A stretch of DNA of 64,000 nt from Selaginella moellendorffii (taxonomy: Eukaryota > Plantae > Lycopodiophyta). The stretch covers positions 470,076-534,075 of the forward strand of contig NW_003314368.1 of assembly GCF_000143415.4 (NCBI RefSeq), given 5' to 3'. This document shows, in pieces, positions 1 to 11,949 of this stretch (positions are counted from its first letter, which is position 1; every line of letters starts with the position of its first letter). The notes under the pieces are model-generated. The model saw only the letters and a program-made list of their open reading frames with translations. It did not search any database and had not been told where the DNA came from. The position numbers and the translations under genes were made by a program.

Positions 1-1511
1 TATGCCGCGTCCTGGGACTTTGAGCACAATCTCGACGTCTCTGCTGCTCGAGCGCTCATGCAAAGAGGACTTAGGATGTGTCCTCACTCGGAGGATCTGT
101 GGCTCGAGTACTTCCGCATGGAACTCTCTTACGCTCAAAAGCTAAAGTCGCGAATGCTGGTGCTGGGCATCGAGTCCGAAGAGATCGACGCTGGAAAGGA
201 GCAACGAGAGAGTGATTTGAGCGTGAAGCTGGCGTGGGTGATATTTAAGAACGCCATTGTTGCGGTTTCATCCAGTGCAAGGTTTCGGCAAAGGTTCGTC
301 GAAGTTCTTGACCGGTTTGCGCTGGTGAAGTCGACTATCGCAAACGAGATCTACGCAAGTATGACGAGGGACTTCTCGAAGGACGAGAATTGCTGGGACT
401 GGAAAGGAAAGTATAAATTCCAGACAACAAGCTCTTGGAAGGATGCTGTGAAGGTCAGTGCGATCTGTCTTGCGGTGGCATCACATCTTCTTACCATCTA
501 TTTCACAGGTTTATGAAGAAGCAGTGGGTGTTGTTTCGTCGGCTCGGATGTATGAGCTGTATGCAAAGTTTCTCGAGGGATTGCTGGATTCTGGGGACGA
601 GCGAGTTCCTGAGTCCCTTCTTGAGCTCTATGACCGTGGTGAAGAAGTTTGTGCGAGCATAAACTTTTTGGAAGGTCACGTTCGCTTGTTGACGAGAAAT
701 GGCTTCCTAGACAGGGCAAGGGCCCTTACTGAGCAATTCTGCAACGGTCCATTACGTTCAAGCTCCAGGCTATGGGTGTTGAGGCTTACGTTGGAGATTC
801 AACACGGCGGTTTACAGATGGCTGACATTTCTAAGCTGTTTTTGAAAGCCTTGCAGTTCGTCCAGGCCTCAGAGGGAAAGGACATCTGGAAAATGGTATT
901 TTTATTGTTATCCTGTATGTTTTAGCGCTAACAGTTTTCTCCCGGCAGGCTTTGGAGTATTTTTCCGGAATGGACACTTACCTTGACATAATACTACGGC
1001 ATCTGGAAACTGCTCTCGGGGTCAAAGGTGGCGGCCAGGAACTTGGTGCTGTCGCTTGGTCTGCAGTAAGCTGGTTCTTACATTTCGACGGTGTTGAAAA
1101 GGCTCGGCAGCTCTACAATAGGTACACTTTGATCCAACGGTTTCCGGCTAGGAACCAACACTTCCTTTCAGATTTTTGGTGCTACCAGGTCCAAGTCTTT
1201 ATTTATTCAAGCGATGCATTGGCCTCGAGGCTGATAGAGGAGCACTTGGTGATCAAGAAGCAGTAAAATGCATGCGGAGGCTTTTCGACGCTGCGCTTGA
1301 AATATATGGTAGAGAAGATGTTGGCATTTGGTTGGATTACTGTGCTTTGGAAAAGAAGGTACTAGATATCATTTGCTTAATCTCCCGATATCTTAAAACT
1401 TTTGACCAGGTTGGAAATGCTTCTAATGCAAGTACCGTGTACTTCCGAGCGAAAAAGACATTAAGTGACCCGTCTTTGTTTATACAAAGACACCAGCTTT
1501 TGTTTGCATGA
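1..1511 (+). CDS. UTP6: U3 snoRNA-associated protein 6 homolog (HAT repeats); 5' end lies outside the window; exons ~1-453, 509-895, 949-1121, 1172-1358, 1410-1511
   Basis: AARALMQRGLRMCPHSEDLWLEYFRMEL HAT motif, IWLDYCALEKK and a C-terminal VYFRAKKTL. GT-AG introns of ~50 bp join the ORF pieces in frame. Confidence 0.85.
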
Positions 1512-1676
1512 CTCGTGAGGTTGGTTCGTAAATTTTATCCACTTGTTTGACATAACCTTCCAGATGCAAGCAAACAAAGGTGAGAAACCAAATCTGGAGC
1601 TGTTTTGCAGAAGCTCTTATGGCTGAGCTAGACTAGACTGCAAACATCTAACAAGAGTAATACAAGAGTGGCGGAT

Positions 1677-2318
1677 TTAGCCGGTAAACTCCTTCCGAAG
1701 TTGGGATATTGTCTGCTCGTTTAGTTTGAAGGATTTTTTCAGAACTTCGTCGGAGATACCTGAGCCGAAAAGCGTAGAACCCAGCCGCTCAGCACCAGGA
1801 TTCTGGCTGTTAAACACAGCCAGGAATCGAGCCGGGTGCGCATCGTCCAAGTTAATCTGAAAATGGACAAGGCCTCTGGGAAAGACGAAGACGTTCCCCT
1901 TTTCGAGTGTTCTCGAGAAGAGGTTATTGCTGGACACAAATCCCGCCTGAACCTTACCTTCGAGAAGGAAGAAAACTTCGGTTGAGCGTGGATGGACGTG
2001 TGGGGAATTTACAGCTCCAGGTCCCATTTCACCCCGGGCGAGACTTATCCCGGCGGTGTTGAGGCCTGGAAACTGTTCGACGTTGAGGAGGGTGACAACG
2101 AACACGTCAGGAGTAGTGACGGGCTGGACAGAACTTAGAAGACGCGAGATGAAGTCTTCCTCGGACACCGTTTGCTTACAAGCGAAGCCATTCATGGAGA
2201 CCGTGGAGTTGAGATCTGCAACACACAGGTTTTGAAGAGGATCCGGGTCACTGGCCAGGACGGATGCGAACAACAGAGAGCAAGCAACAAGCAGGAGAGA
2301 AGTAGCCACACGGTCCAT
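1677..2318 (-). CDS. Germin-like protein (cupin), intronless, with signal peptide
   Basis: DPDPLQNLCVAD N-terminal box; germin box 1 PHVHPRSTE; box 2 FPRGLVHFQ; NSQNPG. Confidence 0.95.
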   Translation of the reverse strand: MDRVATSLLLVACSLLFASVLASDPDPLQNLCVADLNSTVSMNGFACKQTVSEEDFISRLLSSVQPVTTPDVFVVTLLNVEQFPGLNTAGISLARGEMGPGAVNSPHVHPRSTEVFFLLEGKVQAGFVSSNNLFSRTLEKGNVFVFPRGLVHFQINLDDAHPARFLAVFNSQNPGAERLGSTLFGSGISDEVLKKSFKLNEQTISQLRKEFTG

Positions 2319-2365
2319 GCTGCTGCAAAGATCTAGATCAGGTCCCTTTTATTTCCAAGGTGAAT

Positions 2366-2422
2366 GACTAGTTCCAACCTGGAAGACTAGTTCCAACGTG
2401 AAAGACTAGTTCCAACGTGGGA
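2366..2422. repeat. 3 x 19-bp tandem repeat (GACTAGTTCCAAC-core) in the proximal upstream region of the first GLP
   Basis: Units start at 2366, 2385 and 2404. Confidence 0.85.
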
Positions 2423-3058
2423 TGCGGAGCCGGCACTTCATTTCAACTTTGCTCCAGTAATCTTTGTCAGGTACTTGTGCTGACAAAATTTTAGTTCTTG
2501 TAGGCACAAGTCGCTATCCGTGCAACGCTCGAATTCTTGTTGGGGGTATGGGATTCTGATCACCAGCTTTGAAGCAGTAGGGATTCCAAAGCTGCAAGGA
2601 AAACAAAAAAAAAAATTTAGTTCAGTTGGTGAATTGATGGTTGACTTCGTCCATGAAGGTTGGCGGCACGGTTTCTCTCAAACTCTTGGCACTAGGATTG
2701 ACAGCGTCAGCGCCAAGCTAGTCCAGCCGTCTCAAGGCGGCGGAAAGTCTTGGGGCCTACTTCATTCTTCGCGCGGAGAAGCTTCGCTGCGCATCAGCGA
2801 GCCGCCGCCGAAACTATCAGGTACTTCGTGCTTATAGTACTTCTACAATGCGAGGCTTTCTGATCTTACAGCATTTGTTTGAACAGAGATCCCGCGTATG
2901 TTAGAAGTCGTCGAGGACGCAAATTCAAAAGCGCGTGTTTTTCTCACAAAATATACACGCTGACAGCTTTGACCGAAAAGAAGATATTGAATGGTAGAGT
3001 CCACAGCGATGGTGAGGATCTCTACTTTATCTGTTCTAACACAAGCTTTTCCTTACCA

Positions 3059-3694
3059 TCAGGGAGTAAAGCTGTGCTTGAGCTCGTTAATGACGGACTG
3101 ATTGAGCCTGAAAGATGCAGCGAGCACGGCATCTGGGATCCCAGAACCAAACAGAGTAATCTCCAAGCGCTCCACTCCTGGATTCTGGCTGTTAAACGTG
3201 GCGAAAATTGTTGCAGGAGTGGCTCCAACATTCCACTGGAAGTGGACGAGGCCTCGAGGGACAACAAAGAGATCGCCCTTCTGGAGCGTCTTGAGGAAGA
3301 GCTTGTTGGTGGTGTCCACAAAGCCGGCCTGGACGGTTCCCTCCATGATGTAGATGAGCTCGGTGGCTCGCGGATGGACGTGGGGTGTGTTTACTCCTCC
3401 GGGGCCGAGATCTACACGATTCACAGACAAACCCTGGGTGTTGAGAGCTGGAAGCTGCGGTACTGTGACTCGGGATGCCACAAATCCTCCTGGAGTACTC
3501 ACTGGCTGGACGTTGCGAAGAACAGTGGAGGTAAAGTTGTCCTCGCGCGCTGATGCTGTTGTCAAGCAGGCTGCTCCATTGACACTGGTGGAGGAATCCA
3601 GGTCGGCGACACAGAAATCTTGCACAGGATCGGGGTCGGCTGCTAAGATTGCTGTGGCAGCGAGCAAGGAAAGAACAAGCGAGAGCAGCGCCAT
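3059..3694 (-). CDS. Germin-like protein (cupin), tandem paralog, intronless
   Basis: DPDPVQDFCVAD, PHVHPRATE, KGD, PRGLVHFQ, NSQNPG; TATAAAT on the minus strand at ~3735-3741. Confidence 0.95.
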   Translation of the reverse strand: MALLSLVLSLLAATAILAADPDPVQDFCVADLDSSTSVNGAACLTTASAREDNFTSTVLRNVQPVSTPGGFVASRVTVPQLPALNTQGLSVNRVDLGPGGVNTPHVHPRATELIYIMEGTVQAGFVDTTNKLFLKTLQKGDLFVVPRGLVHFQWNVGATPATIFATFNSQNPGVERLEITLFGSGIPDAVLAASFRLNQSVINELKHSFTP

Positions 3695-3974
3695 GTCCAG
3701 GTTTTTCTTTGTTCTTTTTCTCGAGACACTGATTATTTATAAGGATTGAGTACGAGACGGAAGCGCGTTTCTAGAAATTTTGAGATTCAAAGTCTCGTGT
3801 TTTACATGATGCAAATATTATCATTATTAAATGCATTCAGAGAACTGTACGTTTACAATTAATATTAGTAGCCCATACGAAAATATACATTTAATTGTAA
3901 AATAAAAAATAAATCAAAATATGTATTAACCTTCAAATTAAATAAGTTCTCTTTTCATATATTAATTATTAGTG

Positions 3975-4458
3975 CTCGGCATTCCTCTTCTGCTTGACCT
4001 TTCTATCATATACACCTCTTTCAATTGTACATCCTTTGGACTGCTTTTTGCAAGCCTGTCCTGACCATGTAGAGTTCCATATATACTTGATCCACTGTAA
4101 TGTTGTCTTAAAAGTAAATGGTTCTCAATCAGGATGCAAACAAAAATCACCTATGACATCTTGTCAGTGTAGTCCTCATATGCAAAGTTGAGTGCTTTAG
4201 CCTTGCCAAAGAACCTAATAACTACTTGGTCATAGGTCTGGTCACAATAATGTTAGAGACAATGTTGTACCTATTATAATTAGAGAGTGAAATTTTAGTT
4301 TTCTTAAACCTTACTGCCTCCTCTTGTGTCTCATATGCCCCTGCACTTGGAAATGCAATATAAACAATGGCTCTTGAAACATAAAATAAAAAATTCACCA
4401 AGTGGAATCATATGATAGGCAAGCCTGCAATAAAGATGTAACCTAATGTTAGAATGGT
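3975..4458 (-). pseudogene. 3' exons (second AP2 domain) of a double-AP2 gene; the displaced tail of the copy at 22670-23975
   Basis: Reverse complement aligns with 31670-32125 (GAYETQEEA.., YDQVVIRFFGKAK..NFAYEDY). Confidence 0.8.
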
Positions 4459-6437
4459 CACAAGAATATTTTGAAAATATTCTATGTCATGTGTGGCCTA
4501 GAGTTCACTCTTTGTTCATTTCATTAGTATCAGAGTAGCACATTCTTTTAGGGATGGCAGATGGAGTGGCATGAAAAGTATGGTGTTAGTGATAATGGTT
4601 ATGATGATGAGGAAAAAATTCTTGATGATATTGTTATGTGGTAAGGTTGTTAAATTTTTTAAGTTCAAAGCAAGATTAAAAAGGTTAAAGATTTTATCAA
4701 TCTTATTAAGGATTTCTTACTTTGCATGGACCCTCAAAGTTTAAATCAATCTCATGATCATGATTACCTTTGGTACGTCAAACATGCCAAGTTAGTATTA
4801 TTTTTGATTCAGGTGTTATATACAACTTGTTGAGCTCCAAGATGGTGAAGAAACTTGGTTTGCCTATGAAAAAGTGTTCAATAATTTACAAGGTGGTTAT
4901 AGCAGATGGACATAGCACTCGTATTTATGGTGAATGAGCTTTAACTGCTCCTTTGATGGTTAAAGGAATTCCTGACCATCCTTTGTTCCGGGTTATGGAT
5001 CTTGGTTGCATAAATATTATTCTTAGGAATGAATGGTTTTGTGATAGAAAGCAAAGGATTGATTAAAAGTGTAATGTTTTGTGTATCAAAGTTAGTAGCA
5101 CTATAGAAAATATTGTTAAAATAGACAATAATGATACTGTATTGATTAATGCTTTGAAATTGGTGACTTGCATGCCTGAAATAACTAGTTCTTTCTTAGT
5201 GTACCCATTTCTTTCTAATATGATCATATCTAATTTGGAGTATGTTCATAGGCATGGGGCTTAGATGGATTGCATTCAAGAGGAGTTCCATGACATATTT
5301 CTAGATGAGTTGTTTGATAGTTTGCCTAATAAACATAGAATTTAATATGAAATTGACTTGGTTCCTAAAGTTACTCCTTATTAGTAACAACTAACTTGTA
5401 TTAGTCCTGTTGAAGATAAGGAGATTAATAGCCAGCCCTATGAGTACATTCAGAAGTGGTGGTTACGGATAAACAAATCTCCTTGGGATGCTCCAATGGT
5501 GATGGTCAAGCAAAAAGATGGTATATAACATCTTTGCATGAATTACAAAGGATTGAATGATAGAACAGTGAAAAATATGTTCCTAATCCCTAGTATCAAT
5601 GATTTGCTCAATTGTCTTTGTGGTGCTTGATATTTTTCGAAGATTGATTTGAAGCAAGGATATCATCAAATTTGTATCAAGCCAGCAAAAACCACATTCC
5701 AAATAAGGATGGGTCATTACGAGTTTTTGGTGATACTATTTGGTTTGACAAATGTTCTTACAACTTTTTAGAGATTAATGAATTAAGTTCTATAACCTTA
5801 CTTGGGAAAGTTTGCAATTAATTATTTTGATGATATCCTAATATTCAACGAACATGACATGCATATGTGAAGTGTTTTACAGCTTTTAAAGGACAACAAG
5901 CTCTACTCAAAATTATCCAAGTACAAGTTTTTTTTGGAGGAGATTCGATATTTCAAGCATTTGATTTTAGTGCATGGAGTAAAGTTGATCTTGCAAAGAT
6001 CTATGTTGTGGTTGATTGACCTATACCTTTAGCAATGCATGATCTTCGTAGTTTCTTTGGTATAGCTGGAGTTTTTCGACAATTTGTAAAGGATTTTTCA
6101 AAGATAGTAGCTCCCTTGATTGATCTTCTCCAAAATATGTCAAAATATACTAATATTCATGGTTAGGATAAGAAATATCAAATAACATTTCAACATTTGA
6201 AGAAATATTGCATCTCTACTCTTGTGTTGAAGATTTTGTATTTTAAGTATTTTATTGTTGAGACAAATTAACATTGCTATTGGAATTGTCTTACTTCAAG
6301 TTGGATATCCTCTTGCTTACACGAGCCACAAATTTAATGTAATACAACTAAACTAGCTTACTTGACACCAAGAACTGTATGTTATAATTGCTACTATAAA
6401 GGAATAACAACATTATCTATATAGATCAAACTTTCAT
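4459..6437 (+). mobile_element. Ty3/gypsy retrotransposon, 5' half: 5' LTR stub, PBS, degraded gag-PR-RT-RNase H
   Basis: LTR end ..TTCA at 4523, then tRNA-Met-like PBS TTAGTATCAGAG. RT motifs [41 protein letters not shown]; RNase H ELYVIIAT..QHYL; many stops. Confidence 0.9.
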
Positions 6438-6654
6438 GTGAGTGCTACTATTGGGCAGCCAAGAAATTTGGAAACCACTGCTGAGGAATCACACTCTCAA
6501 TCACAGGCATCCCATGCTAGTGCCAAGGGCAATGCTGATTCCCTGCCTCGCGCTACAGCTCGTAGTACCTGGCCGTGCCCAAGACAATCCAGTCGCCATA
6601 GCAGCCATATCCGCCACGTCGGACAAACGCGCTTGAACCCTATTTTTCAACCAA

Positions 6655-9150
6655 ATGCGAGGCAAGAACTTGGCGCGGGAGGAATCCCTGGCGCTGCCAA
6701 TAGAGCTTCTGATCCGGGAATGCACGAGCTCGGGTGTGCTCTGCGATGCGAGGCGGCTGCATTCGCAGATCGTGGCGAGCGGGAGGGATGTGGGACGGGA
6801 CAAGTTCCTGGCCAATCTGCTCGTGCAAATGTATGGCGCTTGCGGGAGCGTGGAGGATGCCGCGGTGGTTTTCCGCAGCATCCAGCAGCCCAATTCCTTC
6901 TCCTACAACATGATGATCGCGGCGCTAGTCCGCAACGGCTGCGTGAGCTACGCGAGGGATTTGTTTGACACATCGCGGCTCGTGTTTGATACGGTCTCGT
7001 GGAATGCCATGATCAAGGGCTACATCGACAGCGGATGGATTGACGAGGCGAGGCAGCTGTTTGAGAAGATGCCACACAAGAGCACGTACGCCTCGAATGC
7101 TCTCATTGCAGCATATGCCCGGACTGGGCAACCTGACGATGCCCAGCGCTTGTTTGAGACGATGACAGTGTCTGCCCGGCGTGATTTTTTCTCGTGGACG
7201 GGGCTCATGACCGCGTGATCTCAGGGTGGCGCCGTTTCAAAAGCAAAGAAGGTGTTTGATGCAATGCCCCTGTGGGACGTTGTGTTCTGGAACGTTGTGA
7301 TATCAGCACATACCCAGAACGGGCATCTTAAGAAGGCAAAGGCTTTGTTCGACGATATGCTAGAACGAAGCACCATCTCGTGGAACGCAATGGTGCAGGC
7401 TTACTGCCGCAGTGGGTTTCTCGACGAAGCGTGGCTTTTTTTTTGAGAGCACTCGCGACAAGAATGTGGTGTTCTGGACGGGTATGCTGACCGCGTTTGC
7501 TCAGAAGGGTTATCTGGGCTAAGCCGCCAACTTGTTCCACACAATGCCCGTTCGGAACGTAGTTTCTTGGACTGCTATGCTTCAGGGGCTTGTGCATCTG
7601 GAAGATCTCGATGAGCCGGTTGGCTTTGCTGGAAAGATGCCACAACACAACGACATGGCATGATCATAGCTCATGCCCAGCACGGGGACACGAGGGCTGC
7701 CAAAGCCTGGTTCGATGGGATGAGCTTCCGGAATGGTGTTTCCTGGGCTGCGTTGGTGGTTGGATTCTCGCAAGGAGGATGCTTGGCAGAAGCGCAAGCC
7801 TCGTTTTCAAGGATGCCTTTCCGGGATGCGGTGTCATGCAATGAGATGATACTTGCGCTCGGGAGCGCGGGGCTGATGCGAGACGCAAAGGTGGTGTTTG
7901 AAGAGGCGATTCTCGCGTGAGACGTTCTAACTTTTACTGCGATGTTGACGGCCCACGCCCGAGCTGGAAACGTGAAAGAGGCGAGACTTTGCTTCGAAAG
8001 AATGCCGCACCGCGACGTGGTCTCGTGGAATTCCATGATCCAGGCCTACGCCCAGAACGACTGCGTAGACGAAGCACTGGACTTGTTTGCGAAAACACCC
8101 GAGCCGGACCTTGTGTGCTGCAATGCCATGATCCACGCCTTTCCTCGTAATGGTCTGCTCGACGACGCAAGATCTCTCTTTGACAGGATGGCCACCAGGA
8201 ATCTACTGACTTGGACTGGGATGATCACGTCCAGAAAGCCATGCAAGTCTTCTCGAGCATTCCGGACAAGAAGGACGTGGTTGTGTGGACGGCTATGGTG
8301 GCGGCGTATGCCAACAACGGAGACATGGCAGGAGCTCGAACGGTGCTGGACAGGATACCTTGCCGAGACGTCCCGGCTTGGAATGCTGCGATCACGGGCT
8401 ATGCCCTCAGCGGGTATCCCAGGCAAGCACTGGATCTCTTTGCCACAATAGACGTGGAAGGACTGAGAGGAAGCGAGGTAACTTATATCGAGGTCTTAGA
8501 TGCGTGCGGCAAACATGTCCTCTATCCGACACGGGACAGAGATTCACGAAGGCTTGGCTGCTGGCTGCTCGGACAACGCAAACTCGATCAAAGTTGGCAA
8601 TGCGTTGCTGAGCATGTATGGCAAATGCGGCCGGCTGGATCGAGCTTGGGAGATCTTCGTGTCCATGCAGCAGCAGCAGCAGCAGCAGCAGAAGCGTCAT
8701 GGCTGCAAGCAGGAGGAGCTCGTGTGCTGGAACGCGATGGTGGCGGCGTATGCACAGAACGGCCACAACCCCGAGGCGGTGGAGCTGTTTCGAGTGATGA
8801 ATGTGGAGGGCGTGGAGCCGGACGAAATCACGTTTGTGAGCTTGCTGTCGGCGTGCAGCCATGGCTGGAAACAGCGAGGTGGAGCTTTAAGTCGCACCAA
8901 CGAGACTACCAGGGAGTTGACTCGGCTCCCACGCACTACATGTGTGTGATCGACGGACTGGGACGAGCAGCCATGGCCGAGCAAGCCGAGGACTTGATCC
9001 GACATATGCCCTTCCACCCGGATCCAGTGGCGTGGGCGACTCTGTTGGGTAGCAGCGGTGTGGATGTGGGTGGTGACTGAGTGATGGAGCTCGATCCAGC
9101 CATCGCTGCCGTCTACGTCTTGCTCGCAAACATCCACTCCAGGGACGAGG
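6655..9150 (+). pseudogene. PLS-class PPR protein with E domain, disrupted by stops and frameshifts
   Basis: Repeated VSWNAMI/AYAQNG/ARxLFDxM motifs; MYGKCG; E-domain HYMCVIDGLGRA..MPFHPDPVAWATLLG; stops at 7216, 7519 and 7918, plus frameshifts. Confidence 0.92.
8668..8691 (+). repeat. (CAG)8 microsatellite, polyQ inside a PPR motif
   Basis: Direct count; the paralog at ~18628 has only 4 units. Confidence 0.95.
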
Positions 9151-9189
9151 AGTAAGCCAGTTGGATCTCCTTTCCAAAGCTTTCGGAGA

Positions 9190-10050
9190 ATGGAGACGGG
9201 GCGCAGCCGCGTTTCAGAGCTCGCCATCTTCAAGCTGCAACGACGGTGAGTATAAACTCGCTTCTCCTTGCGCTACTACTGGCTTTGTTTTCTTCTATCA
9301 TGGCGACACTTTAGTCGCCGGGTGCAATTCATTCAACAGTCGTCGGCCAGGTCCTCCCGATCAAAAGATCTCAAAACAAAAATCTCCACTGAAAAGCTTG
9401 TCTTTTTGGTGATTATTGCAGGCCGGAGTCGCGAGAAATGCGGCCGAGTGCATGGCCAAACTCGCCTTCGTTCTCATCAGTGTCGTAGGGGACGAAATAG
9501 CTGGTAAAGGAGGCAATGATCTTTCCAAGTCGGATTTCTTCCTAGGAAATGCTGTGGTGGATCACTAGAAGGCTCTGGGCCTACCGACAAACGGTAGTAG
9601 CTCTCTCTTCGTTTTGCTCCCAGTGTAGAAAACCAAAAAAAAAAAAAGCCTTTTTGTGAGTCATAGCTCATGAATTATTACGTTACAGCCCTGACGATAC
9701 TGGAAACTGATGCTGGCTCGAACCACACTGGAACATTTGCTTGCTTCGCCACTGGAGTTTCTCCGTTAGCAATTGATGATCTATGAGAATTGGATAACCA
9801 CTTACACTTGCAAGCGGTTTCCAGTGACTCGGGAGTGAGGTTGGCATCCAGCAACACAGCCGGTGCTGCTTGGATGAGAATTGTGAGATCCATTCCGAGG
9901 TCAAGTGTTTCTCCTGGAAACTTGATCAGGAGAAGAAAGTACTGCGGACGAAACTGTTTAGTGTCCTCGCTTATATATTGCCAAACGAGAAAGAACTGGC
10001 TGGTTTGGGAGAAACACTATCGAGTCTTGACACTGCTCTAGTTCCTAGTG
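9190..10050 (+). pseudogene. pfkB-family (pseudouridine kinase-like) pseudogene with an internal inversion
   Basis: + strand exons METG..ARHLQ, GVARNAAECMAKL..ISVVGDE and YILPNEKEL; - strand exons LLDANLTPESLETAC and VPVWFEPASV at 9678-9900. Confidence 0.8.
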
Positions 10051-10176
10051 GCTGACCAAGGAGCAGCACTACATCCATCTCCATGTTAATGAATCACCCA
10101 TTAAAATTTCAATTAGAGCTAAGTGGGATTGCCGCTTCTTATTAAAACAAAACAACCTCTCTTGTTGGCCGCTGAA

Positions 10177-11709
10177 TCAAGGACATGATTTTGCCAGTCG
10201 CGGGACGAGCATTAGGGGTTCTTCTCTGATTAAAACAATGCCAAAGTAAGCTTTCATATTGACCTCGTCCTTTCCATCTGGGAGGCTCCACTCAAATGTG
10301 TGCAGCATTGTAGCCAGAGCATAGTGCACCATAGTGAGACCCATGTTCAATGCGGGACACATTCTTCGGCCTGATCCAAAGGGTATCAGCTCGAAGTTCT
10401 GACCTGTGACTTGCACATCAGACTTTGTCTCCAGAAAACGTTTGGGATTAAACTTGTTGGCCTCGCTCCAAGTAGATTCATCTCTTCCAAGAGCATACGC
10501 ATTCACCAGCAGCCCTGTTCCTGCAGGAATGTTGTATCCCCAGATGTTACAAGATTCCACGGATTCATGAGGAGCTAGCAAAGGTGCCGGAGGATGTAAG
10601 CGAAGTGTTTCTTTGACTATGGCCTGCAGAAACTCGAGCTTTGGGATATGCTCCTCTTCCACGGTACCATTACTTCCAACAACCTCCTCCAGTTCTTGTT
10701 TTACTTCTTGCATTAACTCGGGATTTCTCATGAGCTCGGCCAGAGCCCAATCCATTGTGACTGCGATGGCGTCTGTACCTGCTGCAAGCATATCCTGAGA
10801 TGCGAAAACAACCAGTTAGTACTTCAAACTTCTCCCATGTCTTACCGAAGTCAACGCCTTGATTCTGGTATCATCTAGAACTCCACCAGCAATCAAAACG
10901 TCCATGAAATCCTTCACCTCGTGATGAGACTCCCGGGTTTTCTTGTGCTCTTGAAGTTGCTCTCCAAGGTAGTTCACCAGTTGCGTTTGGAGCCACTTGA
11001 TCCTGAAGACTTTGGGATCAGCCCAGCTGAGGCATGGGATAAGATCCCCGATTTGCAGACCATTCCCAACTTTGGAGGCTTCATTGAGGTTGTTGAGGAA
11101 TTCTTTCAGCTTTTCAGATTCACTACCTGAGGCGTCCGAAATGCTCTTGTTCAACACCATGCGGCTCATGGTGTTGAAGGCGAATTGGAAAAACCTGGAA
11201 GTCAGATCTACAGGTCTTCTCTGGCTGCATGCTTCCACAAGTTCCGTGATGAGCATGGACATTTCCAGCTTCCGCACGGGCTGGAACATCTGCACGCGCT
11301 TTGTAATGAAAAACTCAAGAGTGCAAATCTTCCTCAAATGCCTCCAGTGATCACCGTAAGGAGCCCATACCAAATCCGTCGCATCGTACCCAAAATACTT
11401 GGCTGCTGAGTTTGCAGGCCTGGAAGCAAATTCACGGTCATGAGTCTTGAGAACTTCTTCTGCAGCAGCTGGTGTCGAAGCTACTAGTGTCTTGATTCTC
11501 CCCAGCTGCAGGTACATGAGCCCTCCATGCTGCTTTGCAAGCCGGAAAAGATACTCATGCGGAAGTTTCTTTCCTACCAAATGAATGTGGCCTATGATGG
11601 GCAGCGCTCTTGGAGATGGTGGAAGACTTTGATTTCGCTTGTTAGTACACAAGAGCACAACTAGTATGAGAGCAAGCGTGAGCACAATTGTAAGTATCAT
11701 TTCTAGCAT
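10177..11709 (-). CDS. Cytochrome P450, CYP71 clan (A-type); exons 11709-10846 and 10794-10177
   Basis: N-terminal TM anchor, LPPSPRALPIIGH, AAGTDA I-helix, ETLR, PKRF, PFGSGRRMCPA heme motif; 51-bp phase-0 GT-AG intron just before DML, the position typical of the clan. Confidence 0.95.
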
Positions 11710-11949
11710 ACTGGCATGTGGAAGTAAGCTTAGTTCTTTATGTATACAGATTGGAATATACTTAGGTATCTTGCAACAAGTATATAAGTATATACCTAAG
11801 TTATTATATGTAGTTATTATACACTTTCAATATCTTTTGTAGGATCCCAATTGTGACAGACCATCAGGCACTGCAATGACTTTAAACATGAATACATATT
11901 CTGTCATATTTTAATAATGGAAGGCCCAATTTAGAGTAAGCACTTTTTA

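Noticed and set aside
6438-9233. Many overlapping antisense and alternative-frame ORFs over the PPR region (also over the GLP and peroxidase genes)
   Set aside because: Expected shadow ORFs of GC-rich coding DNA.
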